From positions 1 to 40,149 of the forward strand of contig CAYXGD010000002.1 in assembly GCA_964464425.1 (NCBI GenBank): 40,149 nucleotides of DNA. The letters run 5' to 3'. Under the pieces are notes generated by a model that had not been told where the DNA came from, ran no database searches, and saw nothing but the letters and a program-made list of their open reading frames with translations. This DNA comes from an uncultured Thermoplasmatales archaeon. Its GTDB lineage: Archaea > Thermoplasmatota > SW-10-69-26. Position numbers and translations under genes: made by a program. Of the stretch, positions 8,650-17,191 are shown piece by piece. Every line of letters begins with the position of its first letter. Within the stretch, counting starts at the first letter, position 1.

Positions 8650-9219
8650 TTGATGCCCGAGCAACCTGGGACCCTCGACGTCCCCGATCCCGACCGCTTC
8701 GAGATCCTCAAGGCTGCCGAGAGCGGCAAGCTCCCCGAGGAGGTCCAGCGCGGCCTCGAGGATCTGTCGGACGCGGTCACGCCGGTGCTCGGGGGCGACT
8801 CGAGGGGCGTGGTGGGCCTACGGTACGGGCGCCGCGTCATCGTCGCCCCTGTCGACGACCCTTCCGACGCCGTCGACATCGCCGACGTCGACCTGGCGCG
8901 CAAGGTCATCCTCAGCGTCGGCGGGCGCGACCCCGGCCCCTCGGGCTCTCTGCTGGCCCAGGTGCTCTTCCAACGCACCGATGCCGTGGTCGGTTACGCT
9001 GAAGCCGACGAGATCCCCGGGCCGACCATGGACGCCATGAAGCAGGTCCTCGTCCCGCTCCAGTCCAACCCGGCCACCCGGGCCGCCGGTGCCGGCACCG
9101 TGGCCCTGGGCAAGCAACCCAGCGACCTGGGCGCCAGCCTCAAGCAGCTCGGTGAGGACGACGACGCCAACCAGGGCGACGACGATATCAAGCCCGACCC
9201 TGGCGTCAACACGGTCTAG
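8650..9219 (+). CDS. Hypothetical acidic protein
   Basis: 189-aa ORF with GC3-rich codons. Starts are TTG at 8650 and ATG at 8653. An A/T-richer CTCAAAT box lies about 28 nt upstream. No family recognised. Confidence 0.55.
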   Translation: MMPEQPGTLDVPDPDRFEILKAAESGKLPEEVQRGLEDLSDAVTPVLGGDSRGVVGLRYGRRVIVAPVDDPSDAVDIADVDLARKVILSVGGRDPGPSGSLLAQVLFQRTDAVVGYAEADEIPGPTMDAMKQVLVPLQSNPATRAAGAGTVALGKQPSDLGASLKQLGEDDDANQGDDDIKPDPGVNTV

Positions 9220-9268
9220 GCCCGGCTCCAAGGCAAGGTTCTTGACGGAGCAGGCCCCACATCAGGGC

Positions 9269-9547
9269 GTGGACGCCAGCGACTGCCGGTCCTGCCAGCC
9301 GGGCCAGGACGTGAACCCGTTGCTGTTCATCTTCTTCTGCCCCCACTGCGTGCTCTCCGGGATCTTCGCTCTGGGAGCCACAGGCGTCGTCACCCTGCCG
9401 ACCCTCTTCGGCCTGGCACCGGAGGCTTGGCTGGCCCCGGCCTTGATCCTGGGCACGTTCCTGGGCTGGTTGGCCTGGGGTGCCTGGTCCCGCCGCCAGC
9501 CCCGTCCTTCGGGAGGCGGCAGCGCTCAAGCTAACCCTGTGGAGTAG
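9269..9547 (+). CDS. Small two-TM membrane protein with two CxxC motifs
   Basis: In-frame GTG at 9269 within ORF 9089..9547: VDASDCRSCQPGQDVNPLLFIFFCPHCVLSGIFALGATGVV...LILGTFLGWLAWGAW. It has two hydrophobic helices plus CRSC and CPHC. The start codon is a guess. Confidence 0.4.
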   Translation: MDASDCRSCQPGQDVNPLLFIFFCPHCVLSGIFALGATGVVTLPTLFGLAPEAWLAPALILGTFLGWLAWGAWSRRQPRPSGGGSAQANPVE

Positions 9548-9612
9548 GCCGGGACGCGAGCCCCGGCGTGGGAAGAGGAGATCGACGGCCGCACGAGGCA
9601 GCCGTCAGGGGT

Positions 9613-10212
9613 CTACTTGGTGCGGCCGTCGTTGGCGCGCACGCTCGGGCGGACCTTCTCGGCGCCCTTGCCCTTCTTGTTGAGGCCACGGCCCTTCTTG
9701 CCGGCCGAGGTGAGGCCGCGCTTGGCGCGGTCCTTGTGCCCGGGCTCGGCGATCCAGCCGAGGTCGGGGTCGTTCTGGATGGCCGGGTGCTCCGGGTCCA
9801 GGAGGATGACCTCGTAGTAGTGGTGGCGACCGTCGTCGGTCACCTTGTAGGAGTTGAGGACCTCGAGGTTCGGGAACTTCTTGCTCGTCCGCTCCTCAGC
9901 GATCCGCTGGGTGGACTTGCCCATGGTGATCTTGTTGACACCGGCCTTGGAGGGCACGCGACCCCGGGAGTGGCGCTCCTTGCGGAGACCACCGCGGCGG
10001 ACGCGGGTCCGAGCGACGATGACGCCCTGCTTGGCCTTGTAACCGGCCTGACGGGCCCGGTCGGGACGCGTGGGGCGCTCGACACGGTTGACGACGGGCT
10101 GGCGTCGCCACTTGATCAGGCGCTGGTGGATGAGCTCGCGCATCTCCCCGTCCTTGGGGCGCTTCCAGAGCTCTGACATGTACCGGTACGCGCTCTTGGC
10201 CATAGGGGTCAC
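9613..10212 (-). CDS. rpl15e: 50S ribosomal protein L15e
   Basis: MAKSAYRYMSELWKRPK...LIKWRRQPVVNRVERPTRPDRARQAGYKAKQGVIVARTRVRRGGLRKERH...HHYYEVILLDPEHPAI is the classic L15e sequence. This protein is found only in archaea and eukaryotes. The true start is probably the MAK at 10203. Confidence 0.95.
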   Translation of the reverse strand: MTPMAKSAYRYMSELWKRPKDGEMRELIHQRLIKWRRQPVVNRVERPTRPDRARQAGYKAKQGVIVARTRVRRGGLRKERHSRGRVPSKAGVNKITMGKSTQRIAEERTSKKFPNLEVLNSYKVTDDGRHHYYEVILLDPEHPAIQNDPDLGWIAEPGHKDRAKRGLTSAGKKGRGLNKKGKGAEKVRPSVRANDGRTK

Positions 10213-10417
10213 CGCTCGAAGGGAACTCTGCTAACGGCCCCCCCAACATAAGCGTTGCGGGGTAGGGGGTGACGCCGTGTGCCGTGACCAGGCCACCGAG
10301 GACGCCGAACCCGCCATGGGCCATCGACCCATCCCCCACGGCCCCCAGGGCACCCCCACGGTGGACCGGGCACGCGGGGGGACCGGTCGATTTACCTCCT
10401 CTGGCCCGTTGGCTCGC

Positions 10418-11155
10418 GTGTTGTCGTTCAAGGCGCAGTTCCTGCAGCACGTCTCGGTCCTGGTCGCCTGGCTCGAGGGCACGCTGATGGTCGGCGCCGC
10501 CTCGGCCCTGGTGTGGCCTGTGGTGGCGTGGTGGTGGCCGCTGGTCGACACGGGGAACCTCCTGCTCGAGGGGTTCCTCTACGGGGTCGGCCTCTTCGCT
10601 AGCTACCTCCTCTGGGGCTTGGCCCTCCTGCTCGTCATCGCCGTCGTCCGCAACGTCTTCCGGCTCTCGGTGCCAGCCGGCCGCCACGAGATGCGGGCCT
10701 GGTCCACGCTGCGCTTCTACCTCTACAACGTCCTGATCATGACCGCCCGGTACCTCTTCCTGCCCTTCACCCGGTCGACCTCGATCAACGTGGTGTTCTA
10801 CCGGGCCATGGGGGCGACCATCGGGCCCCGCACGGTGATCAACACGGTGCACGTCTACGACTGCAACCTGCTCACCCTCGGCCAGGACGTCACCATCGGC
10901 GGCTCATCGGTCGTCATGTGCCACATGGGCCAAGGCAACGACATGTACATCGCCCCGGTCACCATCGAGGACGGTGCCAGCCTCGGCGAGGGGGCCATCG
11001 TGTTCCCGGGCGCGCACATCGGGGCGGGCGCGGTCATCGGGGCGGGCTCGGTGGTGCCCAGGGACACCGAGGTCCCCCCGCACACCAAGTGGAGCGGGGT
11101 CCCCATCCAGCAGGTCGGCCGGGGACCGGCCACCCAGGACGACGCCGAGGCCTGA
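10418..11155 (+). CDS. Membrane-anchored hexapeptide-repeat (left-handed beta-helix) acyl/acetyltransferase
   Basis: N-terminal TM helices (VWPVVAWWWPLV, GLFASYLLWGLALLLVIAVV). The C-terminal part has LbH repeats (LGQDVTIGGSSVV...IEDGASLGEGAIVFPGAHIGAGAVIGAGSVVP). I chose the GTG at 10418 because an ATTTAC box (10390-10395) is centred about 26 nt upstream. The ORF opens at 10277 and an ATG lies at 10316. Confidence 0.65.
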   Translation: MLSFKAQFLQHVSVLVAWLEGTLMVGAASALVWPVVAWWWPLVDTGNLLLEGFLYGVGLFASYLLWGLALLLVIAVVRNVFRLSVPAGRHEMRAWSTLRFYLYNVLIMTARYLFLPFTRSTSINVVFYRAMGATIGPRTVINTVHVYDCNLLTLGQDVTIGGSSVVMCHMGQGNDMYIAPVTIEDGASLGEGAIVFPGAHIGAGAVIGAGSVVPRDTEVPPHTKWSGVPIQQVGRGPATQDDAEA

Positions 11156-11204
11156 CCCCAGGGCATAGACTGGGGTTCTTTACCGCAGGCGCCCTTGGCC
11201 CCCC

Positions 11205-12026
11205 GTGCGTTGGGGACTCCCCTGGTGGATCGGCCACGGCTCGCCCCTGGACGGGATCGAGGTCGCCGCAGACCATGGCTTCGATCTGCTCGAGATCAGC
11301 CTGGACGCGCCGTGGCCCGAGGGTCTATCCGGGCCCGACCTCCGTGAGGCCTCCGAGGCCACCGGCGTCAGCATAGGGTTCCACGGCCCGTGGCGGACCC
11401 AGGCGCTGGCCCATCCGCGTCCAACCCTAGCCAGGGCAGCGGCCACCGTCGCCCAAGCGTGCCTCGACCGGGCGCTGGGCGCCGGGGCCGACTACGTCGT
11501 CCTCCACGTCGACGCCCGGGATTTCGCCCGGTACCCCAAGGAAGAGGTCGTCGAGCAAGGCCTCGAGCACGCCATCAACGCCCTGGACGAGCTGGCCTCC
11601 CGAGCCGGTGACGACGCCACGGTCATCGTCGAGAACACGGGCCCGCCGACCGGCACGCCCGAGGAGCTGGCTCGGGTCCTGGACGAGGTCCCCCGGATCG
11701 GCTTCTGCTTCGACCCGGGCCACGCCGCCCTGGCCGAGGCCTACCAGGTGCCCGGTGCGACCGGCGACCCGCGCGACTGGCTCGAGCTCGTGGGCGACCG
11801 CCTGTCGCTCTTGCACGCCATGGACCACACCTGGGTCGACGGCCAGGTCGTCGACCACCTCGTGCCAGGCTCCGGCGACGCCGACCTGGCAGCGCTGATG
11901 GACGCCACGGCCAGCACCCCGTGCCAGACCGTCGTGGTCGAGGCCTTCTACGACGGTCCGGAGCACGACGAGGCCTCCCCCGCCGACGTCGCTGACGGCC
12001 GTGATCGCCTGGCAGAGCTTCTCTGA
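11205..12026 (+). CDS. Xylose-isomerase-like TIM-barrel protein (sugar phosphate isomerase/epimerase, AP-endonuclease-2 fold)
   Basis: Pattern GFDLLEISLD...GVSIGFHGPW...ADYVVLHVD...VIVENTG...GFCFDPGHA...LLHAMD is typical of this fold family (PF01261-like). Confidence 0.75.
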   Translation: MRWGLPWWIGHGSPLDGIEVAADHGFDLLEISLDAPWPEGLSGPDLREASEATGVSIGFHGPWRTQALAHPRPTLARAAATVAQACLDRALGAGADYVVLHVDARDFARYPKEEVVEQGLEHAINALDELASRAGDDATVIVENTGPPTGTPEELARVLDEVPRIGFCFDPGHAALAEAYQVPGATGDPRDWLELVGDRLSLLHAMDHTWVDGQVVDHLVPGSGDADLAALMDATASTPCQTVVVEAFYDGPEHDEASPADVADGRDRLAELL

Positions 12027-12094
12027 ACCGTCCCGGCGTCCTCTGGCCCTCCGCTGTGGACCCCCCGGGTGTCCCAAGCGGTGTGCCACAAGCC

Positions 12095-12100
12095 TTTAAT
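12095..12100 (+). promoter_or_regulatory. Candidate archaeal TATA box (TTTAAT) for the polyacidic protein gene
   Basis: It is the only A/T hexamer in a GC-rich spacer. It is centred about 27 nt upstream of the ATG at 12125, the canonical TATA-to-TSS distance for a leaderless mRNA. Confidence 0.4.
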
Positions 12101-12124
12101 CCCGACCAGGTGGATGGGTGACCG

Positions 12125-13939
12125 ATGGCAGAGGATGAACCGGCCGGGGCCCGCGACGGCGGCCTCGATGTGGAGCTCACCGTGGAGGAGCCCCCGGCCC
12201 GGGTGAACCGCTCACCCGAGGACCAGGCCTCCGGCCCGATCGAGACCGAGGGCACCGCCCCCGAGGACGAGCAGGCGCCCAACGAGAGCAACGGTGCCAA
12301 CGGGGACGACGGCCGCCTGGCCGCCCTAGCCAGCAAGCTGCGCGACAAGGTCCGCCGCGACGATCGCGCCGAAGAGGCCAGCGACGAGGCGCCCGAGGAG
12401 ACCACAGGGGAGGCCGAGCCCACCCCTGAGCCGGACGACCAGCCTGCACCAGCTCGAGCCTCCGGGTTCACCATCCTCTCCTACCGAGCCGGCGACGGCC
12501 AGAACGGCGATCCGCCCATCCCCGGCCGGCAGGTCACCACACCTCCCAAGGAGCCGGAAGCGCCCGAGGAGGAACCCGCCCAGGCCGAGACCGACGACCT
12601 GGCCGAGGTCGAGCACCCCGACAAGGGCATGGACGCAGCGCCGCCCATCCCCGCCGACGACATAGACACGGCCGAGCCTGCCGACGAGATCGCCATCGAG
12701 ATGACCGAGCCGGAGGTCGAAGAGGAGGCCGACGAGCCCCCCGCCGGCGAGGCCCTGGAAGCCGAGTCCGAGCCGACCGAGGACGCCGACGAGGATCAGG
12801 CCAGCCCCGGGTTCGTGGCCCGCCTCCGCGATCGGTTCTCCAGCGACGAGGCGGCCGACGACAGCCCCGGCATCTTCGCCCGGCTGCGCGCCAAGTTCTC
12901 ACGATCCAAGCCGATGACGGTCGGGGGACCGACCGCCATGCCGGCCCCACCGCCCACGCCACCGCTTGCCACCGCCGAGGCCGAGGCCCCCGACGACCCG
13001 GCCGAAGACGCCGTGGCCGAGACGACGCCCGAGCCCGCCCAGGCGGCGTCCAGCAAGGGTGGCTTCTTCTCCCGGTTGAAGGACAAGATCTCCCGCAGCC
13101 CCGGCATCGAGGATCCCGCCGAGGCCGAGCTGGCCCAACCCCCGGTCCCCCCGACCGGCGACCGCCAACCCGAGATCATCGCGACCCTCGGCCGAACCCC
13201 CGAGGTCTCCGACGTGGAGAGCCTGGAGACCGCGCTCGAGGCCGCCGAGACCGACGAGGGCCTGGAGACGGCGCCCGACCCGGCCGAGGTCCCCGACGCC
13301 GACCCCGAGGAGGAGCTGAAGGCCGACGAGGAGCCCGCCGAGAAGGGTGGCCTCTTCTCCCGGCTCAAGGACAAGGTCACCGGTACCGACGAGGAGACCG
13401 GGCCCCCCATCGAGCACCCCCACGACGACGCCGTCGAGGGCGCCCCCGAGGCTCCCCCGACCGGCGACCGACACCCGGAGCTGATCGCCGCCATGTCCGC
13501 CGAGAACCAGACCGATGACGAGCCCGACCAGCCGGACACCGTGGACGCCGAGGCCGAGGAGCCCGCCGAGAAGGGTGGCTTCCTCTCCCGCTTGAGGGAC
13601 AAGGTCTCTGGCTCCGACGACGAGGAGGTCCAGGCGTCCGAGCCAGCGCCGGAGCCTGAGCAGGCCCCTGAGCCTGAGCAGGCCCCTGAGGCCGAGGAGC
13701 CTACGGCCCCGGCCGAGGAGGATCCCGAGCCCGAGCCAGCACCGGCGACCGTCCAGACCTCGGACGATGTGGATCGCCAGGTCGACGAGGTCCAGCCGGC
13801 GGACGCCGGCGACAGCGAGCTCCCCTACGACGACCTCGTGGAACGCGTCGAGCGCGTCCTCGAGCGCCGCCGCGAGGACCCCGAGAAGAGCGCGGCCGGT
13901 AAGCGGGTCAGGGTCCTGGCCGGAGGCAACGATCGGTGA
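12125..13939 (+). CDS. Polyacidic, low-complexity protein with six repeated basic amphipathic motifs (FtsY A-domain-like); no globular domain recognised
   Basis: 604 aa, extremely D/E/P/A-rich. Motifs: LASKLRDKVRR (nt 12314-12358), GFVARLRDRFS (12809-12841), GIFARLRAKFSR (12869-12904), KGGFFSRLKDKISR (13055-13096), KGGLFSRLKDKVT (13343-13381), KGGFLSRLRDKVS (13571-13609). PPTGDR(Q/H)PE(I/L)IA occurs twice. The stop overlaps the next ATG (ATGA at 13936-13939). Confidence 0.7.
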   Translation: MAEDEPAGARDGGLDVELTVEEPPARVNRSPEDQASGPIETEGTAPEDEQAPNESNGANGDDGRLAALASKLRDKVRRDDRAEEASDEAPEETTGEAEPTPEPDDQPAPARASGFTILSYRAGDGQNGDPPIPGRQVTTPPKEPEAPEEEPAQAETDDLAEVEHPDKGMDAAPPIPADDIDTAEPADEIAIEMTEPEVEEEADEPPAGEALEAESEPTEDADEDQASPGFVARLRDRFSSDEAADDSPGIFARLRAKFSRSKPMTVGGPTAMPAPPPTPPLATAEAEAPDDPAEDAVAETTPEPAQAASSKGGFFSRLKDKISRSPGIEDPAEAELAQPPVPPTGDRQPEIIATLGRTPEVSDVESLETALEAAETDEGLETAPDPAEVPDADPEEELKADEEPAEKGGLFSRLKDKVTGTDEETGPPIEHPHDDAVEGAPEAPPTGDRHPELIAAMSAENQTDDEPDQPDTVDAEAEEPAEKGGFLSRLRDKVSGSDDEEVQASEPAPEPEQAPEPEQAPEAEEPTAPAEEDPEPEPAPATVQTSDDVDRQVDEVQPADAGDSELPYDDLVERVERVLERRREDPEKSAAGKRVRVLAGGNDR

Positions 13940-15108
13940 GCGACCGGCGCCGTGAGACCCGCGTCCTCGACGCGACGCGCGCCCCGGACCCCGAGGAAGG
14001 GCTGGGCCTCCCGATCGACCAGAGCGCCACCTGGGGCTTGGAGAGCGCTCAGGAGGGCGCCGAGCTCTCCCGGGCCACCGCGCCGACCCGGTTCTACAGC
14101 CGGTGGGGCAACCCGACCGTCCGTCGCCTGGAGACCGCCGTCGCTGACCTCGAGGGTGCCGAGGCCGCGCTTGCCACCGCCAGCGGCATGGGCGCCATCG
14201 CCAGCGCGTTGTTCCATGTCGCCCGCGGCACCGACCACATCGTCGCCCAACGCTCCCTCTACACAGCGACCACCGAGATCCTTGGCCGCTTCTTCGACGA
14301 TCTCGGCGTCACGACGGCGTTCGTCCCCGGCACGGACCCCGAGGCGTTCCAGGAGGCCATCACGCCCGAGACGGGCGTGGTCTACCTGGAGACACCCTCC
14401 AACCCCCTGCTGGAGATCAGCGACATCCGGGCCATCAGCGAGATCGCCCGCGATGACGGCGTCCCCGTCTTCGTCGACAACACGTTCGCCAGCCCCCTCA
14501 ACCAGCGGCCCCTCGAGCTGGGCGCTGACCTCTCGTTGCACTCGGCCACCAAGTACCTCTCAGGCCACAGCGACGTGACCGGTGGCGTGCTCTGCGGCTC
14601 GGAGGACCTCGTCCAGGACATCTGGACCACGTACAAGGTGCTCGGTCCGAGCCTGGCCCCCAACGACGCCTTCCTGATCCACCGCGGCCTCAAGACCCTG
14701 GCCCTCCGGATCGAGCGCCACAACCAGAACGCGTTGAGCCTGGCCGAGCGTCTGGCCGACCACCCGGCGATCGAGCGGGTCCACTACCCAGGGCTCAAGG
14801 ACCACCCTGGCCACGAGGTCGCCGCCGCCCAGATGGACGGGTTCGGCGGCATGCTCAGTTTCGAGATCGCCGGCGGGCGGGAGGCCGGCCGGACGGTGAT
14901 GGAGAGCGTCGAGGTCTGCACGCTGGGGGTGAGCCTGGGCGGGGTCGAGACGCTGATCCAGCACCCGGCGAGCATGACCCACGCGCCGCTGACCCCCGAG
15001 GAGCTCGAGGCCGCCGGCATCCCGCAGGGCCTGATCCGGCTCAGCGTCGGGGTCGAGCACATCGAGGACCTCTGGGACGATCTATCCTCCGCGTTGGATG
15101 CGGCCTAG
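13936..15108 (+). CDS. Cys/Met-metabolism PLP-dependent enzyme (cystathionine gamma-synthase/beta-lyase or methionine gamma-lyase family)
   Basis: YSRWGNPTV, the full-length family architecture, and the PLP-lysine motif HSATKYLSGHSDVTGG. Subfamily and substrate cannot be assigned by eye. Confidence 0.9.
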   Translation: MSDRRRETRVLDATRAPDPEEGLGLPIDQSATWGLESAQEGAELSRATAPTRFYSRWGNPTVRRLETAVADLEGAEAALATASGMGAIASALFHVARGTDHIVAQRSLYTATTEILGRFFDDLGVTTAFVPGTDPEAFQEAITPETGVVYLETPSNPLLEISDIRAISEIARDDGVPVFVDNTFASPLNQRPLELGADLSLHSATKYLSGHSDVTGGVLCGSEDLVQDIWTTYKVLGPSLAPNDAFLIHRGLKTLALRIERHNQNALSLAERLADHPAIERVHYPGLKDHPGHEVAAAQMDGFGGMLSFEIAGGREAGRTVMESVEVCTLGVSLGGVETLIQHPASMTHAPLTPEELEAAGIPQGLIRLSVGVEHIEDLWDDLSSALDAA

Positions 15109-15434
15109 GTCCTCGATGTGCGAGAGAGCACGGCCGCCGAGACCGCAGAGCGAGGTGGCCAGTGCGAAGGCGGGGGCCCGGCGAGCGGCTGTGCAAGCGA
15201 GCTGAGCCCCCGGTCGTGTGGGGCACTGACCTCTGGGACGATCTATCCTCCGCGTTGGATGCGGCCTAGGTCCTCGATGTGCGAGAGAGCACGGCCGCCG
15301 AGACCGCAGAGCGAGGTGGCCAGTGCGAAGGCGGGGGCCCGGCGAGCGGCTGTGCAAGCGAGCTGAGCCCCCGGTCGTGTGGGGGCACTGACCTCTGGGA
15401 CGATCTCTCCTCCGCGTTGGATGCCGCCTAGGTC
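15067..15434. repeat. Tandem direct repeat, 161-162 bp x 2.3 copies, starting inside the last 42 nt of the PLP-enzyme CDS
   Basis: Copy 1 is 15067-15227 and copy 2 is 15228-15389. They are identical except for one extra G in a G-run. Partial copy 3 (15390-15434) has 2 substitutions. Each unit holds the CDS tail (DLWDDLSSALDAA-stop) plus about 119 nt of downstream sequence, including the hairpin GCACGGCCGCC-N15-GGTGGCCAGTGC. Confidence 0.9.
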
Positions 15435-15506
15435 TCGTCTTACACGTGACCCCGGTCCACTAGCCGCAGGCTTAAGGTCCAGGCGGCCTATCGGTCCTTG
15501 TTCGGA

Positions 15507-15908
15507 ATGCCGAGCCTTGTGAGCGTTCCTGTGCCGAACGAGCCCGGTGCTCTATCGAAGATCACCCGCGCCCTCGCCGAGGGCGGTGTAGCCATCGACG
15601 GCGTCAACCTGCAGCCCCGCGGCATGCAGGGCGAGGCTCTCTTCCTGGTCCGAGATGGTCAGAAGTGCCAGGATGTCCTCCAGCAGGCCGGGTTCTCCGG
15701 CAAGCCACAGGACGTCTTCGTGCTGACCCTGTCCAACGACCGGGGAGCCCTGGCTGATGTGACCCAGCGTCTTGCCTCAGCCGGGATCAACATCGAGGGG
15801 GTCTTCGGGACCACCTACGGCTCGGCCGGCAACCTGGCCATCATCACCGACGATAACCCGGCGGCCCGCAAGGTCCTCGACCAGCTCTCCTCGGACATCA
15901 ACGTGTAG
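15507..15908 (+). CDS. Tandem ACT-domain protein
   Basis: Two ACT-like units: VSVPVPNEPGALSKITRALAEGGVAIDGV and VFVLTLSNDRGALADVTQRLASAGINIEGV. ATG at 15507; the ORF opens at a TTG at 15498. Confidence 0.75.
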   Translation: MPSLVSVPVPNEPGALSKITRALAEGGVAIDGVNLQPRGMQGEALFLVRDGQKCQDVLQQAGFSGKPQDVFVLTLSNDRGALADVTQRLASAGINIEGVFGTTYGSAGNLAIITDDNPAARKVLDQLSSDINV

Positions 15909-15920
15909 CGCCCGGACGGG

Positions 15921-17012
15921 TCAACCGTCCAGGACCCGCGCGTCCTCCAGGTACCCCGGCAGCATCTTCTGGACCCGCTGGGGGCCCAAGGCCATGGTCG
16001 GGGTCATCACACCGGTCGCGTCGATCTCCCCTCGAGCCAGCGCGAGAGCGATCCGGCTGGTCGCCGCGCCGGTCAGGCCGTAGGGATCGGTCCCCTCGAC
16101 CACCGCGCGGGCCACCTGGCCATCGGGGTCCTCGGTCTCCGCCAGGATCGTGAACCAGCTGTCCTCCCGGGCGTCCTCGTCGGGGCCGTCCCGATCGTCG
16201 GGCGCGGCCGCCTCGAAGAGCCGATCGATCAGCGGCACCTTGCTCAGCACCGCCTGCACCGGCCAGAACCGGTGGTAGCGCTTGGCTCGTTCGGGCGGCA
16301 GCAGGAAGAAGGTGCGGACGTTGCGGGCACCGGTGGACCGCGGCGCCGTGGCGCAGTCGCCCCACGGCAGGAAGACGGCCGTCTGCAGCTCGTCCTTGCC
16401 CGGCAGGTCGAAGGTCCGCAGGTAGCGGCCGGCGACGGCGGGCTTGAACCGTCCATCCTTGTACTCCCACCACTCGCCGGTGCTGGCGGCCATGGACCGC
16501 TGGGTCCCGTCGGACAAGCGCGAGTTGGTGGAGAGGGCCAGCTCGAGGCGCTCGACCTCGTCGAGCTGGTCGGCGGCCAGCACGGCGGCCAGGTCGCTGG
16601 GCACCACGTCGAACCCGGCAGCGTTGATCACGGTGATCCCCGCCTCCCGGGCTCGGGCGTCCTGGCTGGCTGCCCAGCGCAGGTAGGCCTGCTCGCCGGT
16701 GGTGTCGACGAAGTGGGTGCCCGTGCGCAAGGCGGCCTCGAGCACCGGCTGGCCGATCCGGTTGAAGGGGCCCGCGGCCGAGGCCAGGGTCGGCGCCCGG
16801 CTGGCCATGGCCTCCAGCTCATCGGGCCGGTCCACCGAGGCCACGAGGATCTCGGGCTCGGCGTCGAGCCCGTCGGCCACCTGCTCGAGGCGCTCGCGGT
16901 TGCGGCCGGCGATCGCGAAGGCGGCGCCTTGCTCGGCCAGGTCCTGGGCGACCAGCCGGCCGGTGTAGCCGGTGGCACCGTACAGGACGACGTCCAGGTC
17001 CTCCCTGCTCAT
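15921..17012 (-). CDS. Saccharopine-dehydrogenase-like NAD(P)-binding oxidoreductase
   Basis: N-terminal Rossmann motif DVVLYGATGYTGRLVAQDL...AIAGRNRERLEQV. Overall layout resembles the Sacchrp_dh/trans-acting enoyl reductase family. Confidence 0.8.
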   Translation of the reverse strand: MSREDLDVVLYGATGYTGRLVAQDLAEQGAAFAIAGRNRERLEQVADGLDAEPEILVASVDRPDELEAMASRAPTLASAAGPFNRIGQPVLEAALRTGTHFVDTTGEQAYLRWAASQDARAREAGITVINAAGFDVVPSDLAAVLAADQLDEVERLELALSTNSRLSDGTQRSMAASTGEWWEYKDGRFKPAVAGRYLRTFDLPGKDELQTAVFLPWGDCATAPRSTGARNVRTFFLLPPERAKRYHRFWPVQAVLSKVPLIDRLFEAAAPDDRDGPDEDAREDSWFTILAETEDPDGQVARAVVEGTDPYGLTGAATSRIALALARGEIDATGVMTPTMALGPQRVQKMLPGYLEDARVLDG

Positions 17013-17191
17013 GGGGTCGTTCCAACACCCCAGGCTGCCATGGTTGTTCCGGCCGCCGGGTCGGCGAACGTCGAACCGTACCGGGTCCCGTGATGACCAA
17101 CCGCAGAGGTCCCGGGTGCGGGCACCGGTGGACCGGCGCCCGTCCCTACTGCCAAAGCTTGAAGTAGCCCGGCCTTCAATGGCCGCGTGAC

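Noticed and set aside
12125-13939. Calling the polyacidic protein FtsY (SRP receptor)
   Set aside because: Only the A-domain-like acidic region and amphipathic motifs are present. No NG-domain GTPase motifs (GxxGxGKT, DTAGR, TKxD) occur in this ORF or in the adjacent gene.
15067-15434. CRISPR array hypothesis for the 161-bp repeats (and for the 98-bp repeats at 30834-31040)
   Set aside because: The units are contiguous with no unique spacers. The unit lengths are far larger than CRISPR repeats. The first unit is part of a coding sequence, and no cas genes are in the window.
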